From positions 1,302,001 to 1,366,000 of the forward strand of contig LSRY02000018.1 of the NCBI GenBank assembly GCA_001643675.2: a stretch of DNA of 64,000 nt, given 5' to 3'. This DNA comes from Monocercomonoides exilis PA203. Lineage: Eukaryota; Protista; Preaxostyla. The notes beneath the pieces were generated by a model. The model did no database searches. It saw only the letters and a list, made by a program, of their open reading frames with translations, and was not told where the DNA came from. Positions 1-23,606 of the stretch are shown piece after piece (position 1 is the first letter of the stretch; every line of letters starts with the position of its first letter). The position numbers were made by a program, and so were the translations under genes.

Positions 1-198
1 TGCAATCGTTGACATTTAGCTGGAAATGCCGAAAAAACAATTCTTCTTGATCATCCCCACTTTTTTCATTCACAAAAATCTTTGAATCAATTATTCAAGA
101 AAATACGTTTTTATCTTTAAAAATTTTTGTTTTATTCAAACTCAAATTAAAAAATATAAACATTTAAGGTTTAGTTAAAGCTATTTCAGACACAGCGT

Positions 199-468
199 TC
201 ATTTCTCAATAATTAATGCTTTCTCACCGAAAAGCTGCTTAATTTGATCTTCTGCTTGCGAAATAACTGCATCAAATTCATTTTGAATTATTTGAATTTT
301 TTGTTCCGTGATATGGCAGAGGTATTCTTCCACGGTTAAGTCTTCGAGATCTGAATTCTTTGCTACGACTTCTTCATCTGGGTAAATTATATAAAAATAA
401 AAACATATCATTTAAAATAAGAACTTGAGATCAGAAAATATCATACTGTCTTCCTTTTCTTGTTCCAT
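199..468 (-). CDS. Small acidic hypothetical protein, probably 2 exons
   Basis: Candidate ATG GAA CAA GAA AAG GAA GAC A|gt near 468, a T-rich intron, then an exon (~381-199) encoding DEEVVAKNSDLEDLTVEEYL...IIEK*. Confidence 0.4.
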
Positions 469-671
469 AGGCTGAAAAGGAAAAATTTGTAATCTTGAAT
501 AAAGAAATATGGGGTTATATTTGAAACTTTTATTATTTGTTTCAAAAAGAAATAAATCCACACAGCAAAAGTATCAAAACGATGAATTCATATTTGTGTT
601 ATTTTTTATTTTTATTAAAAAAAAAATTAAAACAACAAAATTCTAAAAATAAATTTTTTTTGAAATGATTT

Positions 672-2516
672 TTAATAATGCGGAGTTAAAAATGAATCAT
701 CAACAGGATACTGAGGAGCAGTTATCAATTGATTTTGCGATCCTGGAGTAACCATCGAAGCCCCATACTGCGCTGTATTTTGCTGCGTTCCTGTGAATTG
801 CACTCCAGCATTCTCGTCCATTAATGAAATGCCATCTTGCTCTTTAGCTTCATCTGAAATGATTGTGTGTTCCATTGCTTCATACTCCTCTTTCCTTTTG
901 TTGTGTTTATGAACCTCTTCCAGCACCAGCCCTGCTGACTTCTCAATATGTACATTGCCACATCGTGTGTACTGCTCCAGCACTTCTATTGTTTCTGGCT
1001 CATCCATAGCTTGTGCAACCACATTGAAAGGAACAGAATCAGCAGTGAAATGAAGAGCATTGCTACTTTCTCCTGTTCTGTCATCGACCATCTCATCTGC
1101 CTGCATCCTGTTGCTAGCACTGTTATCATCATCTCCTTCATCATCTCCTTCTTCGTCATCGTCACTTAATTCTTCAATCATCATCGTTCCAGTTCTTGTT
1201 ATTCTCTCTTCTCTCTTCTTCTTCTTCTTCTCCTCTTTCATCATTCCCATCCCTATCTCGCTCCTTTCTGCCATCTGCCTCTTTCTGGCGAGTTCTGCCT
1301 CGTCCAGCATCTCCTTCAGCACCAACAACACAATTCCATCCACTTTCAGTGAAAAGCGATGGATGCAGAGAATCATTGCCTTGATGACTTCTTTGCAGGA
1401 CAATACAGCAAATGAGATGGAAGGGGGAGAAGGATGCACAGACAGGTAGCGAATGGCAAAGAGGAGCTCAATTGCCACTTCTGTTGGACCAGCCACAAGC
1501 GCAGGGACGATGTGGCGAAGGAGGCCGTGTTGAAGGAGATGGGAAGACTGATAGGGGGGAGGGGGGAGGATATGTAGAATAGGGAAATAAAGGAGAAATT
1601 GAAATTAGACATATGCGTATGGATTGATATGAAAGATTAATGATTGAGGAGAAAGTGATAAAAAAAAATGAAATTTTTGAAAAGAAAATTTTTCAAAAAA
1701 AAAAAAAAAAAAAAAAGAAAAAGAAAAGTTAGAAATAAATAAGTCCATATAACTCCAAAATAAATAGAATTCCTGCAAACCGTATAAGCATCGCGACATG
1801 AAAGATTAGCAACAGAACAAGCACATTGGTATCTGACACTGACAGCCTGATGGCAAAGCAGCAGAATCATCAGTCGGACACAGTCTGTTGTGAAAAGAGG
1901 CTAATCAGAGTAATTCATTGAGAATTATATATAGATGCAACGAATTGTTATTCATTTATATGTATGTCAGAAATATTAAAAACATAAGTAATGTTTTCAG
2001 AAAAAATAAAGAGAAAAAAGAAAGAAAGAAAATGATATAAAACAAGAAATCAGAACATTAATTCAAAACCTTCAAGTGTTGTGTTTTGAGTTCAGTCATG
2101 TTGTGGAGAATGGTAGTGAATGAAATGAGAAAGCGCAAAGAGCAGCCAGCAGAAGCCACTGGGGGCTGTTGAGCAGGCAAAGAAGAAGCAGAAAAGGAAG
2201 AAGTGTTTGATTGAGGTGATGTTGATAAGGAGATGGAAGGAGGGGCTGATGGAGCAGTTACTTGTTGAAGAAGAAGATTCAATGTTTCTTCATTGAGAAG
2301 GATCTGAGCAGGTGAATAAAATTAAAGGAATAAAAAAATAAATTGAAAAATAAATTAAAAAATCACAAAATTTTGTTAAAAAATAGAAACTTATTAAAGA
2401 AAAATGAAATAAACAGAAAAAACGAACAATTTCTTTAAACTTTTTCCTTCTTTTAAGTTTCCTCTTCAGCACTCACCCATTCATAATTCATTCATAAATC
2501 ATAACAAAAACATTCA

Positions 2517-2580
<64 letters not shown>

Positions 2581-2584
2581 CTTT

Positions 2585-2631
<47 letters not shown>

Positions 2632-3881
2632 CTCTTCCATCACACCAAAGTATTTCCTGGGTTGTGTGTTGTCAAAATGCTCAGGCAAAGGCATGCTTCA
2701 TCCCTCACAACTTCCTGCCTGTGTGAAATGTACTGCAGAAAGAGAGGGATGCACGAAGTGATCACACGATACGTGCTCTTAAGCAGCTCCACGGGAATGG
2801 TGGGCTTGATGTAAATGTTCGCTTCTTCTTCTGAGATGATGATGGAAGATGAGGCATTTAATGTTGTAGAAGAAGATTTGTCTGCTGTGGAAGAAGAAGA
2901 AGAAGGCACTCCTGATGCTGAGATTATCCCAGTCGATGCTTCAGCCCCACCTTTCATTTCACTTTCATTCGACTCAGATTCAGCGGCTGCGTTAACTTCC
3001 TTTTCTTTCAGCATTTCTGCTTCTTCTTCGTCGCTTGGCAAAGAATAAGTGTAGCACAACATGGACATTGCAAACATCACATTCGGCACGATTTTCTCGT
3101 TGCTCAGCCTCGCTCTAAGTATTTCCACCAACGGTGGTAAGACTCCACAGGCAATGCAATACTCTCGTAACGCTCCATTCCCCATTGCAATGTTTCCAAT
3201 AGCCCACGCCGTTTGTGAAACCAGCAATGCATTGTCGCATCTCAAAAGAGTTGGTGCATATTGCAGAAATCCACTGTACGCAAGCGATACTACCACTTCA
3301 TCTGCAAGCGTTGCTATCAAAGGAATAACAAAAGCAATCAAAAGCTTGAAACATAAACACAATCAAACCAATATTAGTTATAATAACAAGAATTTTATAT
3401 TTCAATTCCACGTCATTTGAAGCTTTAAGAATTTCTACAATTCTGTCAATGATATGCGCAGGGATATCCAGGTTTTTCTGTTTCGAAAGAGAATCTTTTC
3501 AAAATTGTCATTATTAACAGTTTTTTTGAACAAAAATTCTTTTCAAATAACCTTTTAAAAATTCTATTCCTTTCATAATTTCTGTGAGATCGTTAGAAAA
3601 CAGTGATTGTGTGTTCTCTTGAAATTGCACGGACTGTAAAAACAGTCGTCAATAAATAAATCATGTTTTAAATAAAACTTAAAAATCCGCATAAAGCACA
3701 CAAAATTAGATTCTTGCATTTGTGGAAAATCTTCTTCTTCTATCCTTTTCTTCTCCAAGGTTGAATTTCGTTTGCAATATCTTAGAGCAAAAGTAAACTT
3801 TCCTTTTTCTTCCTTAAATTCATCAATATCCGTATCATCGGAAAATCTTTGGTTCCGTTTTTCTTGAAACGGACAGGACAT
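672..3881 (-). CDS. Divergent importin-alpha-like ARM-repeat protein (multi-exon)
   Basis: IBB-like basic N-terminus (ALRYCKRNSTLEKKR). ARM motifs LVSQTAWAIGNIAMGNGALREYCIACGVLPPLVEIL, VRDEACLCLSILT and VRYQCACSVANLS. Exons are separated by GT-AG introns; stop at 672. Confidence 0.7.
2521..2637. repeat. Intronic microsatellites (CT)n followed by (CTTT)n
   Basis: Directly visible tandem repeats. Confidence 0.95.
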
Positions 3882-4029
3882 AGTTTGATGACTTTAAGAA
3901 ATAAAAAGGTTACAAATTAACTTTCTCTTTTCTTGATTTAAAGGTAAAAAATTTCAAAAGATCACAAACAATAGCCATAATGATATTTTTATTTTCTTTT
4001 TAAATTACAAATTGTGATTACAGAAGATT

Positions 4030-4909
4030 GATGGAGCCTGTGCTTCCAAAACCTACAAAAAGAGGTTCCTCGTTCCTTAAAATATTCGGTAGCACAGTTT
4101 GACTTTTCAAAGTTCAAGCTTTGTTCTTATCATTAATTGCTTATTGAATATTTCTATGTATTTTGAATAAAGTCCGAAAAAAAGCCTAGAGATATGTATA
4201 AATCCTCTCCGACAAAACGTTTTCTGCAGAAAAAATCAAAACAAACTTCAGTCGACAAAGAAAATGATCCTTCATTTCTTTCACCAACATTTTCCAGAGC
4301 ACTTTCACTTCTTGATTCAATTACCCCTCCACCCATACAACGAACTGGTGCAATTAAATCACCAGAACGGACAATTCCAAACGGAATTGTTTCTCCATTT
4401 TTCAGTGGTTTGAAATATTTGAAATGTTTTTCAATGATGATGTTATTTTCTCAGGAAAGAATGATTTAACCAAAAAATATCTCAAATCATTAACTGTTAA
4501 AAAAAGCGATTTACCAAAAAACAAATCACAACATAAAATTTCATCCAAATCAGAAATAGATTCCTTGATTGATGACTTGCCAAAAAAAGTTAAGCATCCA
4601 AGGATGAATAAGAGGCAATTTCTTCAAGAAATAAAGAGCATCGAAAAATCAATCAAATGGGATGCAAAACCTACAGGTTTATTCCAACCCAAGCCCACAG
4701 ACGAGAAGTACAAAAGACCTTCACATAGAAGATCATTTGGCGATAAAGATACAGATGAAGATGAGAGATCTGAAGATGAATCAGAAATAGAAAGCAACGA
4801 AAATGAAGAAGAATTTGATGAGGAGAAAGATAGTTCATTTTCAATCGATGAATTTAAAAAGGATGATAAGATTGAACAGATCGATCCTCAAAGCATCTTT
4901 TTCAGCTGA
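4030..4909 (+). CDS. Hypothetical Lys-rich/acidic protein, about 3 exons, divergent from the importin-like gene
   Basis: ATGGAGCCTGTG at 4030. ORF segments 4194-4408 and ~4455-4909 are joined by short GT-AG introns. Confidence 0.5.
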
Positions 4910-5673
4910 GAAAGGATGACTTGCATTTCAGTAGCTGTATTTCTTCTATTTCGCATTTCACTTTTAACTTTCACTTCACTTTGTTATTTGCGTCATTCTT
5001 GTGTTTTCTCAATTGCTTTATTTGCACTTCAACAAAATTTTTGTTATTGTTTTTGAAAGAGCAAAAAATTGAAGAAGAAACTCTCAAAATATTCTCATAT
5101 TTCAGATTTTTTCACAAAACATCAAGATATAAATGATGCAACTTATTTTTAAAAAAATAAATAACTTCTGAAAAAATTAATAAAGAAATTAAAAATTAGA
5201 AATCACAAACACAAGCTTTTTCAAACAATAAAAGTACAAAAAAAAGATGTCATTCTTTATTTTCATGCGAAATTTATCGTATAAGTTCGAATAAAACACC
5301 TTGCGAAAAAAAGGCTTTTAAACAGCAAAAGAGCGAACAAATGGAAATTCCGTTGAAGAAGAAGTTTAAAAAAAAGGAAAAGTCAAAAAAATTAAAATAA
5401 AACAAAACAAAATCAAAAATAAAAACTGTATTTTTTATTGAGAATAGATCAGCCAAAATGTATTTTTGAGTTCCAAACAATTTAAAAAAAAAAAAAAAGC
5501 AATCAAATTATCAACCAAAATGTTATGTACTAAACACAGTGTGTACATCTTCTTCAACCAATCAAAGCGGAACAAATACACAAAACTCAACACATTAACA
5601 CATTAACACTTCGATGCAAACTCTTTCACACACACTAATAACACGGCATTTCAAACAAAAAATCACCAAAACT

Positions 5674-14805
<9,132 letters not shown>

Positions 14806-15001
14806 TGCTTCGGTGAAGAAGCGCTCTCTTTAAAAGTTAATAACCCAATACATAATTTAATTCGAGGATTTTGGTGAATTATCAAACAAGTGAATTACTG
14901 CACTAGTACATAGAAAAATATAGAAATTTATGAAAAAATAACATAAAAAGATGCATATTAACCTTTATTAATTATTCTTTTATTTTATTTAGTTTTTTAT
15001 T

Positions 15002-18000
15002 ATGCAAAGAAAAGTTCAAACAACATTTGACGAAAAGAAGTATCAAAACAAATCGCAATCAAAAGAAATACCAACAATTGACGTTGTTTTCAAGTCGCTT
15101 TCAGATGATATCTTGACACTAATATTTCAGAATTTATCCGAAGAAATTTTCACTATATTACATGTTTGACTTAAAAATTATTTGTGGATTATATTTTTGT
15201 TGTCAATTTTGACTTTTTATAGGTTTCTGAACGATGGAGGACATTGGCAAAGAATATTACAAAATTGACATTGCCGAGCAGAAAATGGAAAATATCCGAT
15301 CTTCTTCATGTTGTCCAAATGCTTTCAAAACTCAGAGAATTTACATACATATCGGAAGAGCCAGAGCATGAATTACCTTTCTCAAAGGAACTTTTTCATT
15401 CTTTTGTCAATTTCTGTCCCCATTTAGAAATGATCCACATTGGAAATTGGACTCATGCATACGATGGATGCGTTGAAGATATACTACTCTCATTTCCTAA
15501 TTTGCAATCATTGTTTTTAACAAATTGCTCAAACAATGGAGTACCAATTCAACCACTTCGTTGGGATTCGCATCTTCCATTAAATAGTGTTCTAGAATGC
15601 TGTCAAGCAGGCACAGGGAATTTTAACGCAACAGTTCAACCACATCAAGAGGGAATACCGGACGAAAGGAGAGATCGGTTTCATGAAATGGATGGAGAAG
15701 TGATGGAAGAACAAGATAACGGTGAAGATGATGAATTATTACTAAACAACAACCATCAAATGAGAGACATTAACGACCAAAACTTCTTCCAACCACAAAG
15801 AGGCGCACTATTACACCACGGTGCCGCACCGGCTGTTCAGCAGCCTGGTCATGCTCAGCTTAATCCACAGATGGCTTCCCTAACAAACAAATTCAACCAG
15901 ATTTCTGAAGCGATCAACCAAAGTGTGGAAGACTGGCTTCCGATTGCAGGGCAGATGCAGGAAGAGCCGCATCCATGGAGTTCCTTAGAGAGTGCTGTGG
16001 AGGCAGAGGCAGAAGAGGCAGCAAGACGGAAGGAGAATATGAGGAAAGAGAGAGTAGATGCCATGGCACAGCAGTGGCGCAGACTCGGTCCAGCTTTTGA
16101 GAGGACGATGCGACTGAGGGCTGATTTGGAGGCAGGTAGAAGAGCAGCAGAAGGAGGAGAAGAAGAAGGAGAAGAAGGAGAGAGTGAGGAAGAGGATGAC
16201 GATCAAATGTTCGGAGGGGCAGAGGTTCGGCCAAGAAGACGCACCAGACAGGAAAGAAGAGAGGAGCAAGGAATGCGCAATCCAAGATCCCATATAAGGG
16301 GAGTCTATTCGATGAAAGTGCCAGCCATCACGATGCCCTCTGCGATTTCTGTGTTGTATTCTGAGTCTGCTCCAATTGATGTGTCGAACGAGCTGTTCTT
16401 CACGGCGCCTTCACAGTCTGTCCTGATACCATCACTGCACAATCCTTCTTCTTCTATGGAAGCTTCCAAATCAAGTGCAAGTGATTCAAGCCATTCAGTA
16501 GAGGACGAATGTGATTGCGAGTCTGAAGAGGAAGATGTGATTGAGTTACGCAGTTCAGACAAGTTTCACACTTTAGCCCATTCAGGCTCCTCTTCATCAT
16601 CTTCCCCACCTTTCTTGCATGATTCGCTGACTGTGCTGGATTTGTCTGGGACGCCCTGCCGATCTCTGTGTGTTGTGCATCTGCTGCCTTCGCTGGTGAC
16701 ATTTCGCTATGGCAATAGCTTTGAGGCAGAAGAGGTGGAAAGACAGCAAAAGATAGGAACAGAGAAGGAGAAGGAAAAAGAGAAAGAAGCAGAGCTCAAA
16801 CAGCAGAAGAAGGCAGAGAGGGAAAGAGAGAATGAAGGCGTGTTGATGGTTGGGCTAGTGGCAGAAGAGGAGAGAAGAAGAGAAATGAAAGAGGAGGAAG
16901 AAGAAAAAGAAGATGATGAAGAAGGGAAAGAAGCTATTTCAAATAAATCTCCAATGAGTCACAATGAAAAGAATGATAAAAAAGAAAATGAATCGAAAAG
17001 TGCAACATCAGATGAAGCAGATGATTTTCAATTCGATTTTTCGAATCTTCCAGCTCCGACATTCTCTTCATCAGAAGCAGAAAAGTATTCTTCCTCGCCT
17101 CCATCATCTTCAACCATCTCTTTCTCTGCATCCTCTTCTTCCTCTTCCTCTTCTGCTTTTGATCCCAACGCAGACATTGGTCCATCAGATCCCAAGTTCT
17201 TTGTTTCCACCTTGCCTCTTCCTTCCTTCTCGCCAAAAGATGCCACTCGAATCATTCGCACCTCTCCTCTTTTTGCCTCTCGCTTTTGGGGGGATTCTCT
17301 TCTTATCTATCCACACTTCTCTTCTGCCCTTTCTTCTGCGGCTTCTCCTTCGCTCACTTTTTCATCAGCTTCTTCCTCTTCCTCTTCTTTTTCAAATTCT
17401 ACACCTTCTTCTTCAGGCTCTTCATTGCCAGATTTCAGAACAAATTTCTTCCATCGTCTTATCTCTTTCTTTTCAAATGAAGATAGTTCCGCTGCTCCTC
17501 TTCTCTCTTCTCTTTCAAACTTCACATCTTCCTCTTCTTCCCAGCGCACTCTTTTCCCTTCGCACATCGGAGCTTCCAGCTACAAGCCACAGAGCAATTC
17601 CACTCAACCCCCTTTCCCCATGTTTAATGCAGGAGCAATTAATCCATTGATGGGAGGGATGCCGATGAATATTCCTCCAGGTGGAATGATGGGGAATATG
17701 TGGAATATGGCTGGGGATGGCATGAGAAGAGAAGTGAGAGAGACAAAAGTGCTGCCAACAGATTCCAACCAGTTTCCACTGCTGAACACGATGCTTCCAC
17801 CAGATCTTTCAACATACCATGACGATATCAACACGCTTCTTGGTGCGTCTTCTGATGAAGAAAAAGATAACAATTCTATTTCACCTCAATTATTGACTGA
17901 TAATTCATCGAAATCACCTTATTCTCTTTCTCTGCCCCTCACACCTCTTCGTTCACCAACAATCTCTTCCCTCACTCTCTCTTCATTCGCTCTGACAGGC

Positions 18001-20410
18001 GATGCTTTCTTCCTTTCCTCTCTCTTTCCTTCTTTGCAGCATCTTTCTCTGGTAAACTGTTCTCTCCACAAACACACAGCACTTGCGCCTCTTCCGCATC
18101 TTCTGTCTCTTCAGCTGAAAGGACTGGAAGCTTCGACATTTACTCTATCTGCGCCATCACTGAGATCTCTTGTGATTGAGAACTGCTCAGAATTCACTGG
18201 TATGATTCAATTTATTTTTAAAACTGTAAAGAAACAGTCTTTTTTATTCTTTTTGCTTGGAATCTTTGTGATTTTGTTAATAAAGAAAAAGAAAAAGATA
18301 ATTTTTAAAAGTTTTTATTGTGATGAATTCGCTTTATAAACAAATTAATTTCTTTTCTTTTCTTTTCTTTTCTTTTTCCAAAAAAATCTCACAATTTCTT
18401 CTATTTATCTTTTGTCCAATCAACCAGGCACTTCTATTGAGATGACAATCGCACTTTTCCCTTCTCTCACTTCTCTTACCATCTCCCGCTGCCCTCACGT
18501 CTCCACTCTTTCCATTCCTTCTTCCTTCTCTGCTCTTCCTTATCCTTACGCGCCAGGCACAGTCTCTCCCTTCATCACTCAAGCTGATGGCATTGATGCT
18601 GCAGATATGCCCCTCCTTTCACAGACGAAAGAAGACGATGACAGCAACGACCCAACAAAAACTGTTCTTGTTCCAACCACAAACTCGTCTTCTGCCCTTC
18701 CTTTGGACCAATCCCCATCTTATCTGAGCTATCTCTCTATTTCCCACTGCCCCACTTTCACTCATCTTTCGCTGAAATGCAGACATTTGGTTACACTTTC
18801 TATTGCCTCGCCACATCATTCGTTTGCTCTCTCTTCGATCCATCCTCTTCTGATGAACTGTCCTTCTCTGCAATCATTTTCTCTCACTGGAACACGCAGA
18901 CCGGTCGCTGCTATTGGAGTCATTGGCTCATCTTCCTCATCGTCATCATCATCAGCATCTTCTTCTTCTTCCACGGGGAGTGATGGAACAGACGAGAAAG
19001 ATACCGATGCTCCTCTCCTTCCAGAAACGAAAAACCAACTGTTTTGGGAGGATAAACCCCAAAATCGCTCTTCTTCTTCTTCTTCTTCCACATCTTCTGC
19101 CTTTGGTCCTTCAGTGATTGTGTCACACAAGAATCTGAGGATGCTTGACTTGTCCAACACAGACGTTGCTTCTCTTCTTCTTTTCACTCCAAAGCTAACT
19201 TCACTCGAACTGTCGCACTGTCCTTCTGTTTGCGACAACACAATCAAAACTCTGCTTGCTAACATCAAAAAAGAGATGCATGTACCAATGGAAGATGCGA
19301 TTTCTTCTGTATCAGATCCTGATCGCATTGAAACTTACTCAGTTTCTTCTTCTTCTTCTTCTTCTTCTCTTCCCCTTCTTTCCTCGTTAAATCTCTCCTT
19401 CTGTCCTTCTCTTGTCAACCCTGCCTTCCACTCGCTTCCACTCCTCACATCGCTCAATCTATCTCATTGCATCTCACTCGAAACTCCTTCTCTTTCTCTT
19501 CCTTCTCTTTCGTCTCTCTATTTCCCCAGCTGCTCTTCTTTCCGCTCTTTTTGTCGATTGGAGTGTCCGCACCTTACCACTCTCCTCCTTCCGCGCTTCC
19601 CATGTGACGCCATCAAACACATCCACACACCCAACCTGCTGTCGTTGCGTGTCTTAGACTTGGAAGAGGACAACAGGAGGAAGAAGATGAGCGAGGCAAT
19701 GCAGAATTTAGCTGCAAGTGATGTTTATTCTGATCCATCTATGTCTTCATCTGAATCCATCTCCAAAGTCGCGGCCCAGCTGCCTGTCCTGTTTCCCACC
19801 CTCACTTCACTCAGTCTCACCTCGTTTTCGCCCTTCCGCATAATCACAACCGCACCACAGCCTCTGCTTCCTCTGCGTTTGTCTTCCCTCACTCTTTCTG
19901 GACCGTTAAACGACAAGCATCTTGCTGGGCTTTCTTCCTTCGCACCATTCCTGTCGCATCTTGTGCTTATCCATCCATCTGTTGTCCACGCTAAAGTGGC
20001 TTGTTTGGTGAATTTGACATCATTTTGGGTGTCAGATGCAGCAGAAATGGAGGATTTGTGTGTGGAAGGAAATGATATTGTCAGTTTTACTGTTGCTCGC
20101 TGCAGCACAGTGAAAGAGATTGTTTTGAGGAAGAAAGAGCGAAATGAATCAGGTGATATTGATTCTTCTTCGCATCACACTTCAGAAGTTGTTCATACAA
20201 AGCAGAGGAAATCTTCACTGAGAAAACTATCTTTGCTTTCTTCGCAAGTTCTTGATGTTTCTTTCACCTCTCTTTTTGCTCTGAGATCTGTTTCTGTGTC
20301 ATCTGATTATCTTGCATCGCTTTCAATCACAAGATGCAATCAAATACAAAGATGCAGCGTTGGAGAAAGAGTGAGTGCTTCTTCAAACAAGAACTTGGAA
20401 TCAATTATTC

Positions 20411-20449
<39 letters not shown>

Positions 20450-21816
20450 TTTCTTGTTCCTCCTCCTCCTCACATTCTCATGTTTCATTTCATTCGCTTA
20501 CCATCTCTCCGATCACTTCACCTGCACCAGAGATATCTGTTCATTATCCGCTCAGCCAGATTTCTTTGCTTCGCATCGAACAAGCAACACAGCTGAAAGA
20601 CGCTGAATGCAAAAAAATGTGGGAAAGTTTCACAGAAGAGGAAGCAGAGAAGCACACAAAAGATGAAGAAAGAGAAGAAATAAAAGAGCACTCATCCGCT
20701 TATCAAGATCAAATGAAGGAACAGAACACATTTAATGTAGAACTGCTGGATAATTCGGAGAAAACTGTTTCTTTTTCCTCGTCTTCTTCATCATCTTCGT
20801 CTTCAAGTGAATTCAAAGGCAACAAGACTCTTATTCTGACAGGGGCAGTGCGGCTGGCTAATCCGCAGATCCCACCCGTATTCAGCACGATAGACTTGTC
20901 CAAAAGCTGGTCGCTGAAAGACGAGTCGCTCAGCCTGATTCTTTCATCGCCTCATCTCCACACGCTCATCCTCAACTCATGCAACGCCCTTGTGCTACCT
21001 ATCATACCCAGCCATTCTTGTTTGACTTCTCTTTCGCTCAAACATTGTGTCAAACTTGCTGGTATCTGCTTTGAGGCTGATAAGAGCATTGGTACAGATG
21101 CAGATTCTGTTCAGCTGCACCGCTGCCCCATCAGACACCTCGACTTGTCACACTGCCCTCAGCTTGTATTCAAGAGGAGAGGCGAGGAAAGTCAGAAAGG
21201 GGCAGTTGCTAATATAGATTCATCATCATCATTTTCTTCATCTTCGTCTTTCTTGCCATATTTCCCTCCAACATTGGAAGAACTAAACATATCAGAGTGC
21301 CTTCGAGTCGATGATTCCTGCCTCTCTTCCATCTTTTCTTCTTCTTCTTCTTCTTCTTCTTCTTCTTCTTCGCAATCTCTTCCTTCGCTTCTTTCTCTGA
21401 ACTGCTCAGGCATCCCAAAAAAGATGAGTGGTCTGCCAATTTCTTCTGCAACGCTAAAGACTCTCAATCTCTCAAAGTGCACCGGAGTCAATGATGAATC
21501 GATTGCAGGTTTGTTCGATAGTTTTTGAATTTTATTGTTGAATTGAATATTTTTTTGCTTTTGTTAAAAATTTTAATCTCAAAAATGAAATGCAATTTTG
21601 CAATTGATTTTTGCATTGGTTGTATTTCATCCTTCTTTGTGTTTCCATGCTTGGATGATGTAAAATCAAAATTGTGATTTAGTTATCTTCAATTCTTGCC
21701 CATCACTTTTGCAGTTGATAATGGATAGTACGAATGTTTCAAGTGAAGTGAAAGAGCAGATAACTATTTCTATGCAACTTAATCAAGCAAATGGTTTTGA
21801 AGATCGAGCGTTTTAA
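15002..21816 (+). CDS. Large F-box / leucine-rich-repeat protein with low-complexity insertions (multi-exon)
   Basis: F-box-like FKSLSDDILTLIFQNLSEEIFTILH|VSERWRTLAK split by an intron. Many Cys-containing LRRs (LTSLELSHCPSV, LSSLNLSFCPSL, LEELNISECLRV). Main exons 15223-18199 and ~18428-21508; last exon stops at 21816. Confidence 0.8.
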
Positions 21817-21879
21817 AAAACATATATATTTGTTTCCAAATGATTTAAGTCGTTATCAAGCTTATCACTTTATTGGATA

Positions 21880-22940
21880 GGGTGGTTTTTAAATCCACAC
21901 CTTTTTTTTATCCGTACAAAATTTAAAAATCAAATATCTCAACAAATATTCAATATTAATTTACTGCAATTTGCATAGTTGCGTATTAACATTCATGACA
22001 TCTATTCATATACAAAATTTTTTAAAGACAGTGTTGCATATTATTTGAAATAAATAATTATTATTTTTCATAATCTGATTTTTGATGAATTTTTCTATTT
22101 TAATAAAATGATTAAGCTCATTTTTAAAACACACAATTTATTTTTTCTACGTTATTAACAATTCTGGTTATTTTTTATTTTCGCTTATTTGCTCATTTAA
22201 ATTGAATGAAAATCTATCATTTATGAAAAATCTTTGTCAATGGGACAACTTTAAATTTTTTTTCATAAAATGCAGGAGCATCTAACTGAAACAAACACTT
22301 GCATTGAATAATATTATAGTTATATAAAATCACAACATAGTTGAAATTTCAAATAATTCTATATTCATTACATTAAATACAATTTAAAAGAAAATTCAAA
22401 GAAAATGTTCATTTAAAATCATTAATAATTAAAACAATATTAGTTTATGAAATGAATATAGAATTATTTGAAATTTCAACTATGTTGTGATTTTATATAA
22501 CTATAATATTATTCAATGCAAGTGTTTGTTTCAGTTAGATGCTCCTGCATTTTATGAAAAAAAATTTAAAGTTGTCCCATTGACAAAGATTTTTCATAAA
22601 TGATAGATTTTCATTCAATTTAAATGAGCAAATAAGCGAAAATAAAAAATAACCAGAATTGTTAATAACGTAGAAAAAATAAATTGTGTGTTTTAAAAAT
22701 GAGCTTAATCATTTTATTAAAATAGAAAAATTCATCAAAAATCAGATTATGAAAAATAATAATTATTTATTTCAAATAATATGCAACACTGTCTTTAAAA
22801 AATTTTGTATATGAATAGATGTCATGAATGTTAATACGCAACTATGCAAATTGCAGTAAATTAATATTGAATATTTGTTGAGATATTTGATTTTTAAATT
22901 TTGTACGGATAAAAAAAAGGTGTGGATTTAAAAACCACCC
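21880..22940. repeat. Long palindrome/foldback element: 490-bp inverted arms (21880-22369, 22451-22940) with 81-bp spacer
   Basis: GGGTGGTTTTTAAATCCACAC... versus ...GTGTGGATTTAAAAACCACCC. Outer and inner coordinate sums agree (44820), so there is no net indel, and no mismatch was seen in the stretches compared. Confidence 0.95.
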
Positions 22941-23200
22941 AAAGAAAAATTTTGTCAATACAAACATTATTATCATTTTTTCTTTATTTTATTGAATTGC
23001 ATTATATTTTATTTTATTTCCCCTGAAAATGGGTACATGGCTAACGGTTTGAAAATTATCTTCAAGAAGCATAAAGAAAACATGTGATGTATTATTTGAG
23101 AAATCTGTAAATACAAATAGCTCCAATTTACAAATATGAACAAAAACAAATTTCCAGTATCTAAATCGTAGAAAGCAAAATATTAAGCATTTCATATCTA

Positions 23201-23606
23201 TTGTTTGAGTTAATAATGGTGGACACTTTCAATAACTGTGGACAGTGGTATTATCTCAACAACCATTGATAGTTGGATTTCGATAATTAACATAATTATT
23301 CCTTCAATGAATAAGAACAAATAAGAATTTTTTGAATCACTCATCCAACACGATGATATTTTTGAAAAATTATTTTTTCTTTTTGGAGAAACTTGGAGAA
23401 TCTTATTTCTCCGAGTTTCTCCGAAAATTGAAAACGGTAAGTTTTTTATTCTAGGGAGAAAGTTGTTTCATTTCTTAATGTCTTATAAGTTCATATTTAA
23501 TGAATGAATAATTAGATTAATTGTCAAAATGAAACTGTCAACGGTTGTTGAGATAATGCCACTGTCCACAGTTATTGAAAGAGTCAACAATTATTAACAC
23601 TGACAA
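23201..23606. mobile_element. Degenerate foldback MITE (~406 bp), TA-flanked, Tc1/mariner-like
   Basis: Imperfect arms of ~110 bp (GTTAATAATGGTGGACACTTTCAATAACTGTGGACAGTGG versus CCACTGTCCACAGTTATTGAAAGAGTCAACAATTATTAAC), a central hairpin GGAGAAACTTGGAGAA/TTCTCCGAGTTTCTCC, and TA on both sides. Confidence 0.75.
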
